This document shows positions 1 to 11,051 of a DNA stretch of 64,000 bases, one piece after another. The position numbers and the translations under genes were made by a program. Within the stretch, counting starts at the first letter, position 1, and every line of letters begins with the position of its first letter. The stretch covers positions 4,154,001-4,218,000 of the forward strand of contig CM035351.1 of NCBI GenBank assembly GCA_020137815.1, read 5' to 3'. Under the pieces are notes generated by a model, which saw only the letters and a list, made by a program, of their open reading frames with translations, had not been told where the DNA came from and did not search any database. The stretch comes from Hormiphora californensis (taxonomy: Eukaryota > Animalia > Ctenophora).

Positions 1-173
1 TGTAATCCGGGGCAATGGATCGATATACACACGGGAGGAGGGAGCGGGCCGGGCGCTAGTCGATCATCATGAAAAACAACAACTGAACAGACGAGCTCTG
101 AAACACCCCACTCTATCTATCTCTCTCTCTCTCTCTTTCTCATTTGTGTATTAATCTCGCACAACAACTCTCA

Positions 174-1774
174 TCAAACCAAGTTATATTCTTTAAGGTT
201 AAGCTGTAAAATAGTGTCCTTTACAGCCGCGAAGACGAACCGAATATTCTCGGTATCCGTTGCCTGCGTGTAATGGGAGTATATGGTCTTGGCATCTCCT
301 TGTTCAGGCTGGGGATTCAGGGACAGATACATCCGGAGGATGAACTCTTTCGCTTGTTCTGCGTTACCCTTTTCACCTGAAATATTTGTTGTGTGTTAGG
401 GTGAGTTAATATATTTCGGGGACGCTCTAGGAGGGCCGGGTGTGTTCGGACTTCATACATAGCAGCTGCCTGTGGTTATACACACAACTTAGCAGCTCTC
501 CCATTCCGTTCATACATTAGCCCAATGCCCACTTATTCTACCTCTATCTCTCTCGTTCTCTAGCTCTCGTTCTACATTTTTCTTTCTCTCTTTCTACATT
601 TTTCTTTCTCTCGTTCTACCTCTCTCTCTCTCGTTCTACCTCTATCTCTACCTCTCTCTTTCTCTCGTTGCTACAGAGGATCCCACTTTACCAACTCGTT
701 TCTCTCTTACCAAGATCTAGTTTTTTACCATCAATGGCCATTCCAGTACAACTATTTCGTATCACTTATCCCTCTATCACACTACTTATCTCTATCTACC
801 TCCCCCACGCACTAGATCTCTCTTCTCCATCTCTCCCTCTCTCTCCTTCTTATCCGTCCACCTCTAAAATGGCTAAAGACAGTAAATGAGCGATATATAG
901 CACGTGAACTAGTGAAAAGAGAATGGTTGAGGGTTTAGTTAAAAATATAATAAAAGAAAAGCATATGATGGTGAAAGTAGTAGAGAGCTAGAGTCAGTAG
1001 TACTAGATGGCCAGACATATTGTCAAGATAAAAGCTGTATTATATCACTGCGCTGGTAAGCACAAATACAAAGCAAATGGATAAGTTTTGGCATACCTTC
1101 AAATTGTGCGAAATAGTCTTTTATGTGAGACCTTTGAATTTTCTCATCTAGCAAATCCTTTTTATTAAGAAACAATATAACTGAAGATTGCTGAAACCAA
1201 GGGTAGGTAATAATCGTTCGAAATAGAGCTTGAGATTCCTGCATCCGGTTCTGAAAAAGGAATAGGAAAATCAGAAAATGATTGAGAGTGGTAAACCGCA
1301 AAGCAATAAAAAGTGACTTTTTAGATCCTTCGAAGCCCCCGCTGGCATTAAACTCTGTCTTGTTACCTCTTTTGTCGACTCGAAAAGGTACTGATCGTAC
1401 TCGGATAACGCCGCAAGGAACATAATTGATGTCACGTTCTCAAAACAGTGAATCCATTTCCGACGTTCTGATCGCTGCCCTCCCACATCCACCATCCTGA
1501 AGTGAGGTAATTATTTAGACTATCTATAACGTATGGTGTACGACACCACAATTGGGCAGTGAGTCACTGTCCTTACTGTCCTTACTTTATCACACAAAAT
1601 ATGGGTGATATATCTTTTGCACTAACCTAAATATAACCCTGTCCATATCAAATGGATATTCTGAAATTCCTGTTGTAGGTACCCGCACCCGCAAAACATC
1701 TTGCTCTGTTGGGATATAATCGGGCAATGCCAGTCGATCGATATCGTTCAGGTAACTGGGGGAGTTAGAAATTA

Positions 1775-1849
<75 letters not shown>

Positions 1850-2835
1850 GGTCATAGAATCATTGACAACAAAAACACATGTCGTGATTGTTTTTGTTAA
1901 CACTCGACAGGTGGAATTACGTGTCTGTTTCTCTCTCTTTCCCTCTCTCACTGTCTCTATATATCTTCATTCCCTCTCGTTTATTCTTTCTTCCTCTCTT
2001 CATTTTCTATATCTTTTTCATTCTCTCTCTCTATCACACTCTGCACTCACTCTTACTCTCTATTTCCCCATTTTTCTATTGAATTTTGATCTGATAGTGT
2101 TACTCATGTTGTGGCACACACAGCTGCACACGTGTTGACCGCATGTGTGACGTCACGACCAAGGTGTGACGTCAATAACATCACACCTTCACCGTGACGT
2201 GATATGATGTGAAAATACCCAACTTACTAGGCACACGAGTCGGCAAGTTGGAACTCTCGTTTCCGATCGTAACACTTTTGAACACCTTCATCTGCCCACA
2301 GCGCCTTTATCGCCGTCACATTCTCAGGTGTTAGAGCCGTTACCGATTCCGGATCGATGTCTAGGATCTGATCAGCGTACTCGTCCTGGGGATAGTGTCA
2401 GTGTTAGAAGCGGTGGATTAATGGGTGCAGGTGGATAAATGTACATGATCGGGGGACTAATGAACAGCGGCCTACGATATAGTGAAGAAAGAGAGGGAGA
2501 AATATGAAGATAAAGAGGGAGATAAAGAGAGCCGTTTTATATTATCTCTCACTTTCCATCTTATTTCCCTCGGTGGAGGCGTTGGGAAAACACATGTGTA
2601 AACTTAACGACAGTGTTTGTGTATCACTTTCTTATTCTTTCTTCCTCCTTCCTTCCTCTCTCTTGCACTCTCCCTCTTTCTATCTCTCTCTATCTCTCTC
2701 TCTCCCATTCTTTCTTTGTCTCTCCTTAGGGTGTTGCTCTCTCTTTCTCCCTTCCGATCGTGTATCCGGTTTACACGTGAGCACACCAGTAAAACTCTAT
2801 GGAGCAAACTATGGGGGATGCCGCCAGGTGTGCCC

Positions 2836-2905
<70 letters not shown>

Positions 2906-4403
2906 AGAGAACAGTAACTGAGAGGGGCCAACTGAGAGTGAGGGTGAATAGAGAAAAGGGAATTGAGTGAAAGAAATAAGCAAAATAGAGCCGAATTGAG
3001 AGTGATAAAAAGAGAGCAACTAAGAGAGAGAATAGGTAGGATAGGAATGAAGAAGGGGAGCATGGAAAATGAGATCTGTGGTAAGATTGAGATTTAGCAC
3101 ACAGAGTGTGTATGTGACCTTGGCGGGGGACATAATGAACGTGGATCTTCCGATCTAGTGTGATACTAGGGGAGGAAGGGGGCGCCGCCGTAAAGAAGGG
3201 TGTTGAACACGGGTAGAAAAAGTCGTCGTTTCTACCTTGCGGCTTCATTCAGGAACTCAAATTAATTTGTTTAAAGTAGTGTTGAAAAGTTTGAAACACT
3301 AGATCGGAAGATCCACGTTCAGATCTGTGGTAGGTTGATGGAGATGATCTCACGTTGAGTTGGTATGGAATAGAAAGAGATTACAGTGTATGGAATTTGA
3401 AACAAGGGGAGTAAGTCACAGATACGACAGAGATGAACAAAAACTCACCGCATTGATTTCAAGATCGTATTCAATCTGAAGATTATCCATCTGCTCACAA
3501 AGAGTACGAATAACCTTGTGGACGTTCTCGAACACGAGGATACGGAATCCTTTTCGGTCCTCCGACGTGTAGCCCTGCCCGTGAATAATCCTCATCTGTT
3601 TGATGAAGGTACTCTTTCCACTTTCTCCCGCACCTGAGAGAGGAAATATAACCGTAACAGAAACGATTCAACACGCGAATTAAAACGTAGTGGTTTGGTG
3701 GGGTAGGAACATTACAAACACATTAATTATACACACACATGGTGGTGGTTGGTTAATCATACTATGGCCGGGGAGGGGATCTCGATCATGAAACATAAAA
3801 TAAAAACATACTACATTCAGATCAGGGATCACATTTGCCTTGATCTCAATCAAGTGTACAGTATTTGCGGTATAAATGTATTCATTAGAGTCTCATATAG
3901 CCGCCTTGCCCGCTTATGGCTACAGTTATTAAGCGAACTAATGCAAATGATAAGCGTAGTCTGAGATACAGAATATAATTCTGATAGTATTCGGTGTTCA
4001 TAGCTATCTTTTGGCTAGCTGCTTTAATAATGGCAAGCGCAAAGGTGATCACTAAATACAACTACATAGTTCAAAAAGCTGAATAGCAGAACTTTCTTAG
4101 TCGGATAATAATATTTATACTCAGCAAAATTTTCAGCAAAAATAGTTTGAATGATGCTTGCGGTGTAAAAATCAGCAATCTGGTTGAAGATTATCAAATT
4201 CTTAGCATCCCAGGAGACAGTTCATTCCCAATGACCTGTTTGGCAAATTTGTGCTGGTAGGCGGTGGCATAGGGGGCTCAATTACCGAGAAGTAGGAGCT
4301 TGAGCTCGCGACGTGCATTCTTCTTGTCTCTGTTAAGGACCCGTTCTATTTCCTCGTTTCGTCTCTTCTGCTCCCGGTCCTCATCGGAAAAACAAATTCC
4401 CAT
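174..4403 (-). CDS. GNAQ: Heterotrimeric G protein alpha subunit, Gq class (model using nearest first exon, copy A)
   Basis: GT-AG exons (-): 4403-4286, 3633-3449, 2385-2228, 1755-1627, 1496-1367, 1250-1097, 376-174. Motifs [48 protein letters not shown], and Gq-type C-terminus [11 protein letters not shown]. Confidence 0.93.
3136..3321. mobile_element. MITE-like element with 26-bp TIRs in a G-alpha-q intron
   Basis: tgaacgtggatcttccgatctagtgt ... acactagatcggaagatccacgttca; no TSD seen. Confidence 0.55.
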
Positions 4404-5425
4404 TTGGCCAAGGCCCTGTCAGGATTACATACAGGACCAGTGTTGTCGCTATATTCTGTGCAAAGGCCTGCAAGGGCGTGTTAAACAAGATATCGAGCAA
4501 CGATCTAAGAGATCAAGGGCGGTATGTTTTGGTGACTTCTCAACATGAGTTTTTGCGCTCACATAAAGCCAGGGATCTCTGCCTAGAATAATTTTCTCGT
4601 TAAATATTCTATCAAGTTGTACAGCTCAGAATACAGTTTCGGTATTGGGAAAGATAATGTTTTCAATATGGTGTAGAGTTACCCTGGCAGTGCAAAAGGG
4701 AAGACTTTTGGGGAACTGCCCTAAAGAAAATTTAGACACCCGTTCCAGATTTCCAAACCGTGTGTGTAACACAGTCCTGATCGTTGATTCTAATAAAAAA
4801 TAATGTCGCAGAGTTCTATATCATGTTTACAGATAATTTTGGTCTGGATCATTAGTAAAATCAATTTAGGGGTGCAGAAACAATTTAAAAACATAAAAAT
4901 TACTCAAAGCGAAGCAAACATTTCTAGAAAATATTGGTTAACAAGAATATGTATTCATAGGGCTGTATTTCAGAAATATTTATCTGCCTCGAAAGCCACC
5001 GCCAATGGTCAGACTCAGGAGAGACAGGTGATGTGACCGCTTCAAAATTGATACTGAAACCTCAATTTGTACGTGGAAATGTCCGTTCTTTGATCTGGAT
5101 TTAATATAGTATTAGACAAGTTATTATATTAAAAGTCGAATTCTAACCCTTCGGCATTCACCCAGGCAGGGGAAAATTACATAAATAGAAACACTGGAAA
5201 TACTCATGATTTTCACAGAAATACAGGAACTGTTACACATGAGTACAAGGATGAGATTCACGAATAGACGAGTAATAAATCATTCGTACAATCTCAACTT
5301 TCAGCAAAATAAGTTTGAATGGATGCGGTGTAAAAATCAGCAGTTCTGGTTGAAGATTATCAAATTTTCAGCATCCCATTCGAAAAAAAAGGCATTTTTG
5401 GACATGTTTCGATTGGTGGGATTAC

Positions 5426-5534
5426 CGAGAAGTAGGAGCTTGAGCTCGCGACGTGCATTCTTCTTGTCTCTGTTAAGGACCCGTTCTATTTCCTCGTTTC
5501 GTTTCTTGGACGGATCGGACCAACAAATTCCCAT
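5426..5534 (-). CDS. Duplicate G-alpha-q first coding exon, copy B ([37 protein letters not shown])
   Basis: Intact ATG, in-frame 9-nt deletion versus copy A, phase-1 GT donor at 5425, upstream AG acceptor at ~5599. Confidence 0.8.
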
Positions 5535-6040
5535 TTGGCCAACGCCCTGTCAGGATTACATACAGGACCAGTGTTGTCGCTATATTCTGTGCAAAGGCCT
5601 GCAAGGGCGTGTTAAACAAGATATCGAGCAACGATCTAAGAGATCAAGGACGGTATGTTTTGATGACTTCTCAACATGAGTTTTTGCGCTCACATAAAAA
5701 ATAGTAAAGATATAAACCAACGGGCAACGGCTCACATAACTGATAACAGTCCTGGAACTCCTAAAAAGACGGTTTATAGAAAAATTTGTCTAGTTAAATT
5801 ATAAATATTCTATCGAGTTGTACAGCTCAGGATACACTATACAGTTTCGGCACTTTGAAAAATAATGTTTTCAATCTGGTGTAGAGTTACCCTGGCAGTG
5901 CAAAAGGCAAGTCTTTTGGGGAACTGCCCTAAAGAGCATAAACACAGGGAACTATTTAGTTACACAGGAATTATAACAAATAACATTGACATTCACGATT
6001 TGTGAATCACGAATAGTCGAGCAATTAACTATCTCAATTC

Positions 6041-6268
6041 TCAGCATGCGGTGTAAAAATCAGCAATCTGGTTGAAGGTTATCAAATTTTCAGCATCCCA
6101 TTCGAAACGATAAATTATAAGTTCGCGACGTGGTCTATTCTTCCTTCTTTCACACCTCCGGCATAGTCCATGGTTTCGTTGACACATCCGGCATGATCCA
6201 AGGACCCGTTTTATTTCCTCTCTTCGTCTCTTTGCCGCCCGGTCCGGATCGGAAAAACAATTTCCCAT
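6041..6268 (-). pseudogene. Diverged G-alpha-q first exon, copy C; donor deleted, Cys-rich insertion, reads through to a 75-aa ORF
   Basis: [23 protein letters not shown] matches copy D; KLLLLG and the GT donor are lost; flanks are homologous to the other repeat units. Confidence 0.7.
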
Positions 6269-6499
6269 TTGGCCAAGTCAGGATTACATACAGGACCAGT
6301 GTTGTCGCTATATTCTGTGCAAAGGCCTACACAGGGGTGTTAAACTAGATCGAAACTAAATATAAAGCAATGATTTCTAAACCAACTCATTTTTGTCTCG
6401 AATCATTAAAGTTTAAAAGCAATACATTGCTTTAATAGGGGTGCGGAAATAAGAAAACAAGATGTTTAATCAGAGCAAAAGCAATAAATTATTCTAAAT

Positions 6500-9400
6500 G
6501 CGAGGACCCATACAGCTTCTAGTATGTGGTGTCCCTCGTACATCAATGAACGAGCACGGCTGATGGAGAGGACTTCAGGTGTCAGCAAAGAGGAAAAAAA
6601 CCTGTACTGGACGAGGACAAAGGAGGAACTACACAGGAAAAGACTTGGAAGATTGGGACATTAAATGTCCGCTCTCTTGTCAATAAAACTGGAGGTGTGA
6701 TTTCACATCTGGAAGACGCTGACTGTGATATCTGTCTCATACAGGAAACATTTTTAAAGTCCACTGACACGGGAAAACTCCAAGAAATCAGAGATAATGG
6801 ATGGGATATATTCTCATGCCCCAGAGGAGACAGAGGAGGTGGAGGGATTGGAATTCTCTTTCGAGATGGCTTAGTTCTTCGACAGTGTCCGGTGAAGACC
6901 AAGTATAAATCATTTCAAGTTCAAGAGGTTCTCATCAGTGACAGGGACCAACCGAAGAGACTCTGTAATATTTACCGCCCTCCATACACACCGAAGTCAA
7001 GACTTACGGAGGCAACTTTCCTGTCGGAGTTTGGTGACTACCTCTCTGAGCTTGTTATGAAACAAGGTACCCCGATTATCACTGGAGACCTAAATTTCCA
7101 GGTGCAAGATGCTAACAACTTCTATTCGAGGAAACTGTTGGAGCTCCTGGATTCGTTTGACCTTCAACAAAGGGTACCACTGTTGCCTACTCATAGGCAT
7201 GGAGGAACCTTGGATCTGGTGATAACTACGAGAGAAACTGCTCTGGATGACATATCCATCTTTCCAAATGGTACTACTTCAGATCACTTCCTGGTGCGGT
7301 TTGGGATTCAAGTGAGACCTGACCTGTCTAACTCCCGTCTGAAGAAATCAGTGTTTCGAGAATATGTGGACTACAAGTCAATGGATTTGGAGGGATTTAA
7401 AGAGGACTTGAGGAAAGCAGATTTTGAGGAAGGGAGGGATCCAGAGGAGGGTGTTGTGAACTTCTATCGTTGGCTGGAAGGGATAGTGGAAAAGCGAGTA
7501 CCGAGGAAGCGAGTGAGGACGGGGAAAAAGTTTAAGCCGTGGAGGGATGAGGAACTTAGGGGATTACTTCGTAAGAGGAGGAGTGCGGAACGGTATTGGC
7601 GGAAACATGGAACTGAGGATGCGAAGCGGAGATTTAATGACCTGAAGAAACTGTATGGAAATATGGATAAGGATAAGAGGTCACTTTTCATCAAAGAGGA
7701 TTTGGATGCAGTCAAAGGGGATCCGAAGAAACTACAAAATAAACTCCAAAAACTCCTGGGAAAGGCTGAAACTATTCTCCCTGAAACTACTAGCTCTAAG
7801 AACTTGGCTGATGATTTCTCACAGTTTTTTAGTTCCAAAGTGACCAAAATTCGGAACCAAGTTAACGAGGAACAACAACAGGCTGGTGAATTTGAGGAAC
7901 CTGGAAGAACTTGTCATACAACGTGGAAGGAATTCAGAGAGGTATCTGAGGAGGAACTTGTTTCAATTGTGAAATCTATGTCAAGTAAACACTGCGATCT
8001 TGACCCATTACCCACTTGGGTAGTTAAGGAGTGTATACGGGAACTTGCTCCTGTATTAACATCAATGGTGAACCACTCTCTCCATCATTCAACAGTAGCA
8101 GAAACTCTCCAGAAGGCGATCGTGTTCCCTACTATTAAGAATATGTATGGGGATCGGGAAGCTCTCAGTAACTACCGTCCTGTTTCGAATATTCCATTCC
8201 TTTCGAAGCTCCTAGAGAAGGTAGTTCTCACGCAACTAAATGATTACCTTGAACGGAATTCTCTTTTGGGCAAGCACCAGTCTGGTTATCGTGTTGGGCA
8301 CAGCTGTGAAACTCTGTTAGCCAGCATGTTTGATGATGTATTGGGCGAGATGGATAAAGGAAATGTAGTGGCTCTCATTTGTTTGGACATGAGTGCTGCG
8401 TTTGACACGGTGGATCATGGAAAGTTGCTGGAGGTGTTGCAGAATCGGTTTGGAGTGGATGGTGATCCTCTTCAATGGTTTAAGAGCTACCTGAGTTCCA
8501 GATCTTTTAGAGTCTCTGTGGGTGATTGTCTTTCGGAAACCCTGGCCTTACTATGTGGAGTACCCCAGGGGTCCCTTCTTGGTCCAATTTTGTTTCTACT
8601 ATACATTGAAGCTGTGCAAGACATTGTGGAGCCTTATGGTCTTCGGATAAAGCTATACGCGGATGACTCCCAGCTCTATGTGAGTCTGGTTCCTACGGAT
8701 TCTACTGGCTGGTCGGAGGCAAAGGTGGATATTGAGGAATGTCTGGCAAAGGTGAAGAGGTGGATGGTAGGACAGTGGTTGAAGTGCAACGAGGCTAAGA
8801 CAGAATTCATCCTCCTTGGAAAACGCAGTTCGTTAAGTAAAGTCACTTTCGATCCAGTAATCAACTTCGGTGGAACAGAAATCTTCCCTAGTGAATGTAG
8901 TGGAACAGATGGTAAAACACTAGGAATTCTCTTGGATCACAATCTAAATCTTGAACGACAGGTTAATAATGTGAGGAAACAGTGTGGACTGATATTACGG
9001 AATCTCTGGCAATTACACAGGTGTTTTGATGTTACAACAAAGATCATGTTGGTGAAACAGTTGATCATTTCTAGAATTGATTACAGCAATATTCTGTATT
9101 GTGGACTTCCTGGTCGAGTTCTCAGCGGGCTCCAGAAACTTCTCAATGCCTGTGTTCGTTTTGTATTTAACCTCCATGGACACCAGGACAACTATATGGA
9201 GTATTTCAGGCAGTGTCATATTCTACCGATCTCCTACAGGCTGGACTTCAAAGCATGTTTGATTGCCTATAAAATAGTCAATGGAACAGCCCCGTGTTAT
9301 CTCCAGGATTTGGTGCCACGTGATGAGACTTGGGGAACCTCTAGGACTACGAGAATGACTAATGTTCCGGATCCCTATAGGTTAAAACATCCAAAGATGA

Positions 9401-9935
9401 CCAGTATCAATGCCAACTCTAAGTTGAGACGTAGGAGGTTATCAGTATTCCTGCCTTCTGTCTGGAATGAGCTTCCCCTTGAGCTCAGGTCAATCCCCAA
9501 CGTGGAAACCTTCAAAACCCGGCTGAAAACACATCTCTTCGTTGGTGCATTTGGAGTGGGTGATGGGGAACCCATGGCTGAGTTGTAATGTTTGTTGTAG
9601 TTGTGGGGCCTGCGGGCAATCAGTGTCATCCTCTCTCTAGCCATGTTACTAATTCACTACCTAGTATCCTTTTTCCGAGCAGGTGTAAGTAAAGTGTGTT
9701 TTGAATTTATATCTACAGGTTTATGGGACCAGTTATTCCTTCAGTTTTATAAGTCCAGTTAATTTAGTCTTACAATATATTGTTCTTTTTTCAACCAGAG
9801 TGTTCGTGTGTGTCATATATTTAATCGAGGATATACCGCTCTGATGACTCGTCGGAGCATCGCCAATATTTTGACATGTTTCCGTCGGGTATGGGCGGTA
9901 TACAAGCGCGGAATATTATTATTATTATTATTATT
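6500..9935 (+). mobile_element. Non-LTR retrotransposon, CR1/L2 group, with (ATT)n 3' tail; 5' boundary approximate
   Basis: Uninterrupted APE endonuclease + RT frame, ~330-nt 3' UTR, (ATT)n at ~9914-9935. Sits inside the exon-1 array. Confidence 0.92.
6550..9588 (+). CDS. LINE ORF2: AP endonuclease + reverse transcriptase
   Basis: Frame is open from 6550. Motifs GTLNVRSL, IQETFL, IYRPP, GDLN, TLDLV, SDH, NYRPVS, LDMSAAFDTVDH, GVPQGSLLGP, YADD, WNELP. Confidence 0.95.
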   Translation, partial: TSTADGEDFRCQQRGKKPVLDEDKGGTTQEKTWKIGTLNVRSLVNKTGGVISHLEDADCDICLIQETFLKSTDTGKLQEIRDNGWDIFSCPRGDRGGGGIGILFRDGLVLRQCPVKTKYKSFQVQEVLISDRDQPKRLCNIYRPPYTPKSRLTEATFLSEFGDYLSELVMKQGTPIITGDLNFQVQDANNFYSRKLLELLDSFDLQQRVPLLPTHRHGGTLDLVITTRETALDDISIFPNGTTSDHFLVRFGIQVRPDLSNSRLKKSVFREYVDYKSMDLEGFKEDLRKADFEEGRDPEEGVVNFYRWLEGIVEKRVPRKRVRTGKKFKPWRDEELRGLLRKRRSAERYWRKHGTEDAKRRFNDLKKLYGNMDKDKRSLFIKEDLDAVKGDPKKLQNKLQKLLGKAETILPETTSSKNLADDFSQFFSSKVTKIRNQVNEEQQQAGEFEEPGRTCHTTWKEFREVSEEELVSIVKSMSSKHCDLDPLPTWVVKECIRELAPVLTSMVNHSLHHSTVAETLQKAIVFPTIKNMYGDREALSNYRPVSNIPFLSKLLEKVVLTQLNDYLERNSLLGKHQSGYRVGHSCETLLASMFDDVLGEMDKGNVVALICLDMSAAFDTVDHGKLLEVLQNRFGVDGDPLQWFKSYLSSRSFRVSVGDCLSETLALLCGVPQGSLLGPILFLLYIEAVQDIVEPYGLRIKLYADDSQLYVSLVPTDSTGWSEAKVDIEECLAKVKRWMVGQWLKCNEAKTEFILLGKRSSLSKVTFDPVINFGGTEIFPSECSGTDGKTLGILLDHNLNLERQVNNVRKQCGLILRNLWQLHRCFDVTTKIMLVKQLIISRIDYSNILYCGLPGRVLSGLQKLLNACVRFVFNLHGHQDNYMEYFRQCHILPISYRLDFKACLIAYKIVNGTAPCYLQDLVPRDETWGTSRTTRMTNVPDPYRLKHPKMTSINANSKLRRRRLSVFLPSVWNELPLELRSIPNVETFKTRLKTHLFVGAFGVGDGEPMAEL

Positions 9936-10150
9936 AAATTTCAGCAAAATTAGTTTAAATGATGCTTGACATGTAAAAATCAGCAATTTGGTTGAAGATT
10001 ATCAAATTTTCAGCATCCCAGGAGACAGGAGACTAGTTTATCAGATTATTATTATTATTACATCTGTTTACTAGAAATGGTAGGCAATATTGGTGGGATT
10101 ACTGAAAAGCAAGGGCATGTTAAACAAGACATATATCTAGCAAGGAAATA
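9936..10150 (-). pseudogene. Remnant fifth repeat unit of the G-alpha-q exon-1 array, exon deleted
   Basis: Contains the unit's intron-side sequence (tgtaaaaatcagcaatttggttgaagattatcaaa) and a donor-side ggtgggattac joined almost directly to the acceptor-side gcaagggcatgttaaacaaga. Confidence 0.7.
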
Positions 10151-10392
10151 TATACGATCTGAGAGAATCCACTACAATGCGTATATTTTACACTTTGAAG
10201 CATGCATCTGGTAAGTTTTAATTTACCATGCATCTCCCAGAACGATACCAGTTAAACAACATTGGAAATGTTCACGGATAACAACGGAGGATGACCTGCT
10301 CGAAAGTAGGCCACACCGAACACGCTTATAAGGACACGCGGGGGTGCCTCAAGCGTGTTCGGTGCGGCCTCTACTACTTTCCGGCAGTAATC

Positions 10393-10508
10393 ACAAACAA
10401 ACAAACAAACAAACAAACAGACAAACAAACAAACAAACAAACAAACAAACAAACAAACAAACAAACAAACAAACAAACAAACAAACAAACAAACAAACAA
10501 ACAAACAA
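10393..10508. repeat. (AAAC)n microsatellite
   Basis: Directly visible. Confidence 0.95.
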
Positions 10509-10933
10509 CGAGTACATGTTGTGCTCAAATATCTTTCATATATGCTCACAAGTGAGATCATTACACGCAACGTGTACACATAATTGTCCCTGAACATTTC
10601 CGAGAAATATCATTTTGTTTTTCACATCAAGACTCAGGATGCGGAGTTCTCAAAATGTTTATCAATGGCGAAAATTGACAGTTCGTCAGAACATAATAAG
10701 TTACCCAACTCGTGCTGAGAAGAACTCGGTCCGTAGATAGAACATTGGAAAACACCCGTTCCGCAAAACCCAGCTAATGTTCAACATGCAGCTCGTCCCA
10801 ATACACATACACACCAATAACAAAATAAGGTGGTGGGGTAGAAAAATACACAAAGAACAAAATATGGTTGGGTGGGGGCAGGTACACGCACACACAAATA
10901 ACCCAAATAGGGATGATATGAGGGCTCAATTAC

Positions 10934-11051
10934 CGAGAAGTAGGAGCTTGAGCTCGCGACGTGCATTCTTCTTGTCTCTGTTAAGGACCCGTTCTATTTC
11001 CTCGTTTCGTCTCTTTGCCGCCCGGTCCGGATCGGAAAAACAATTTCCCAT
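10934..11051 (-). CDS. Duplicate G-alpha-q first coding exon, copy D ([40 protein letters not shown])
   Basis: 118-nt coding part, ATG at 11051, phase-1 donor gtaatt at 10933, acceptor at ~11116. Confidence 0.85.
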
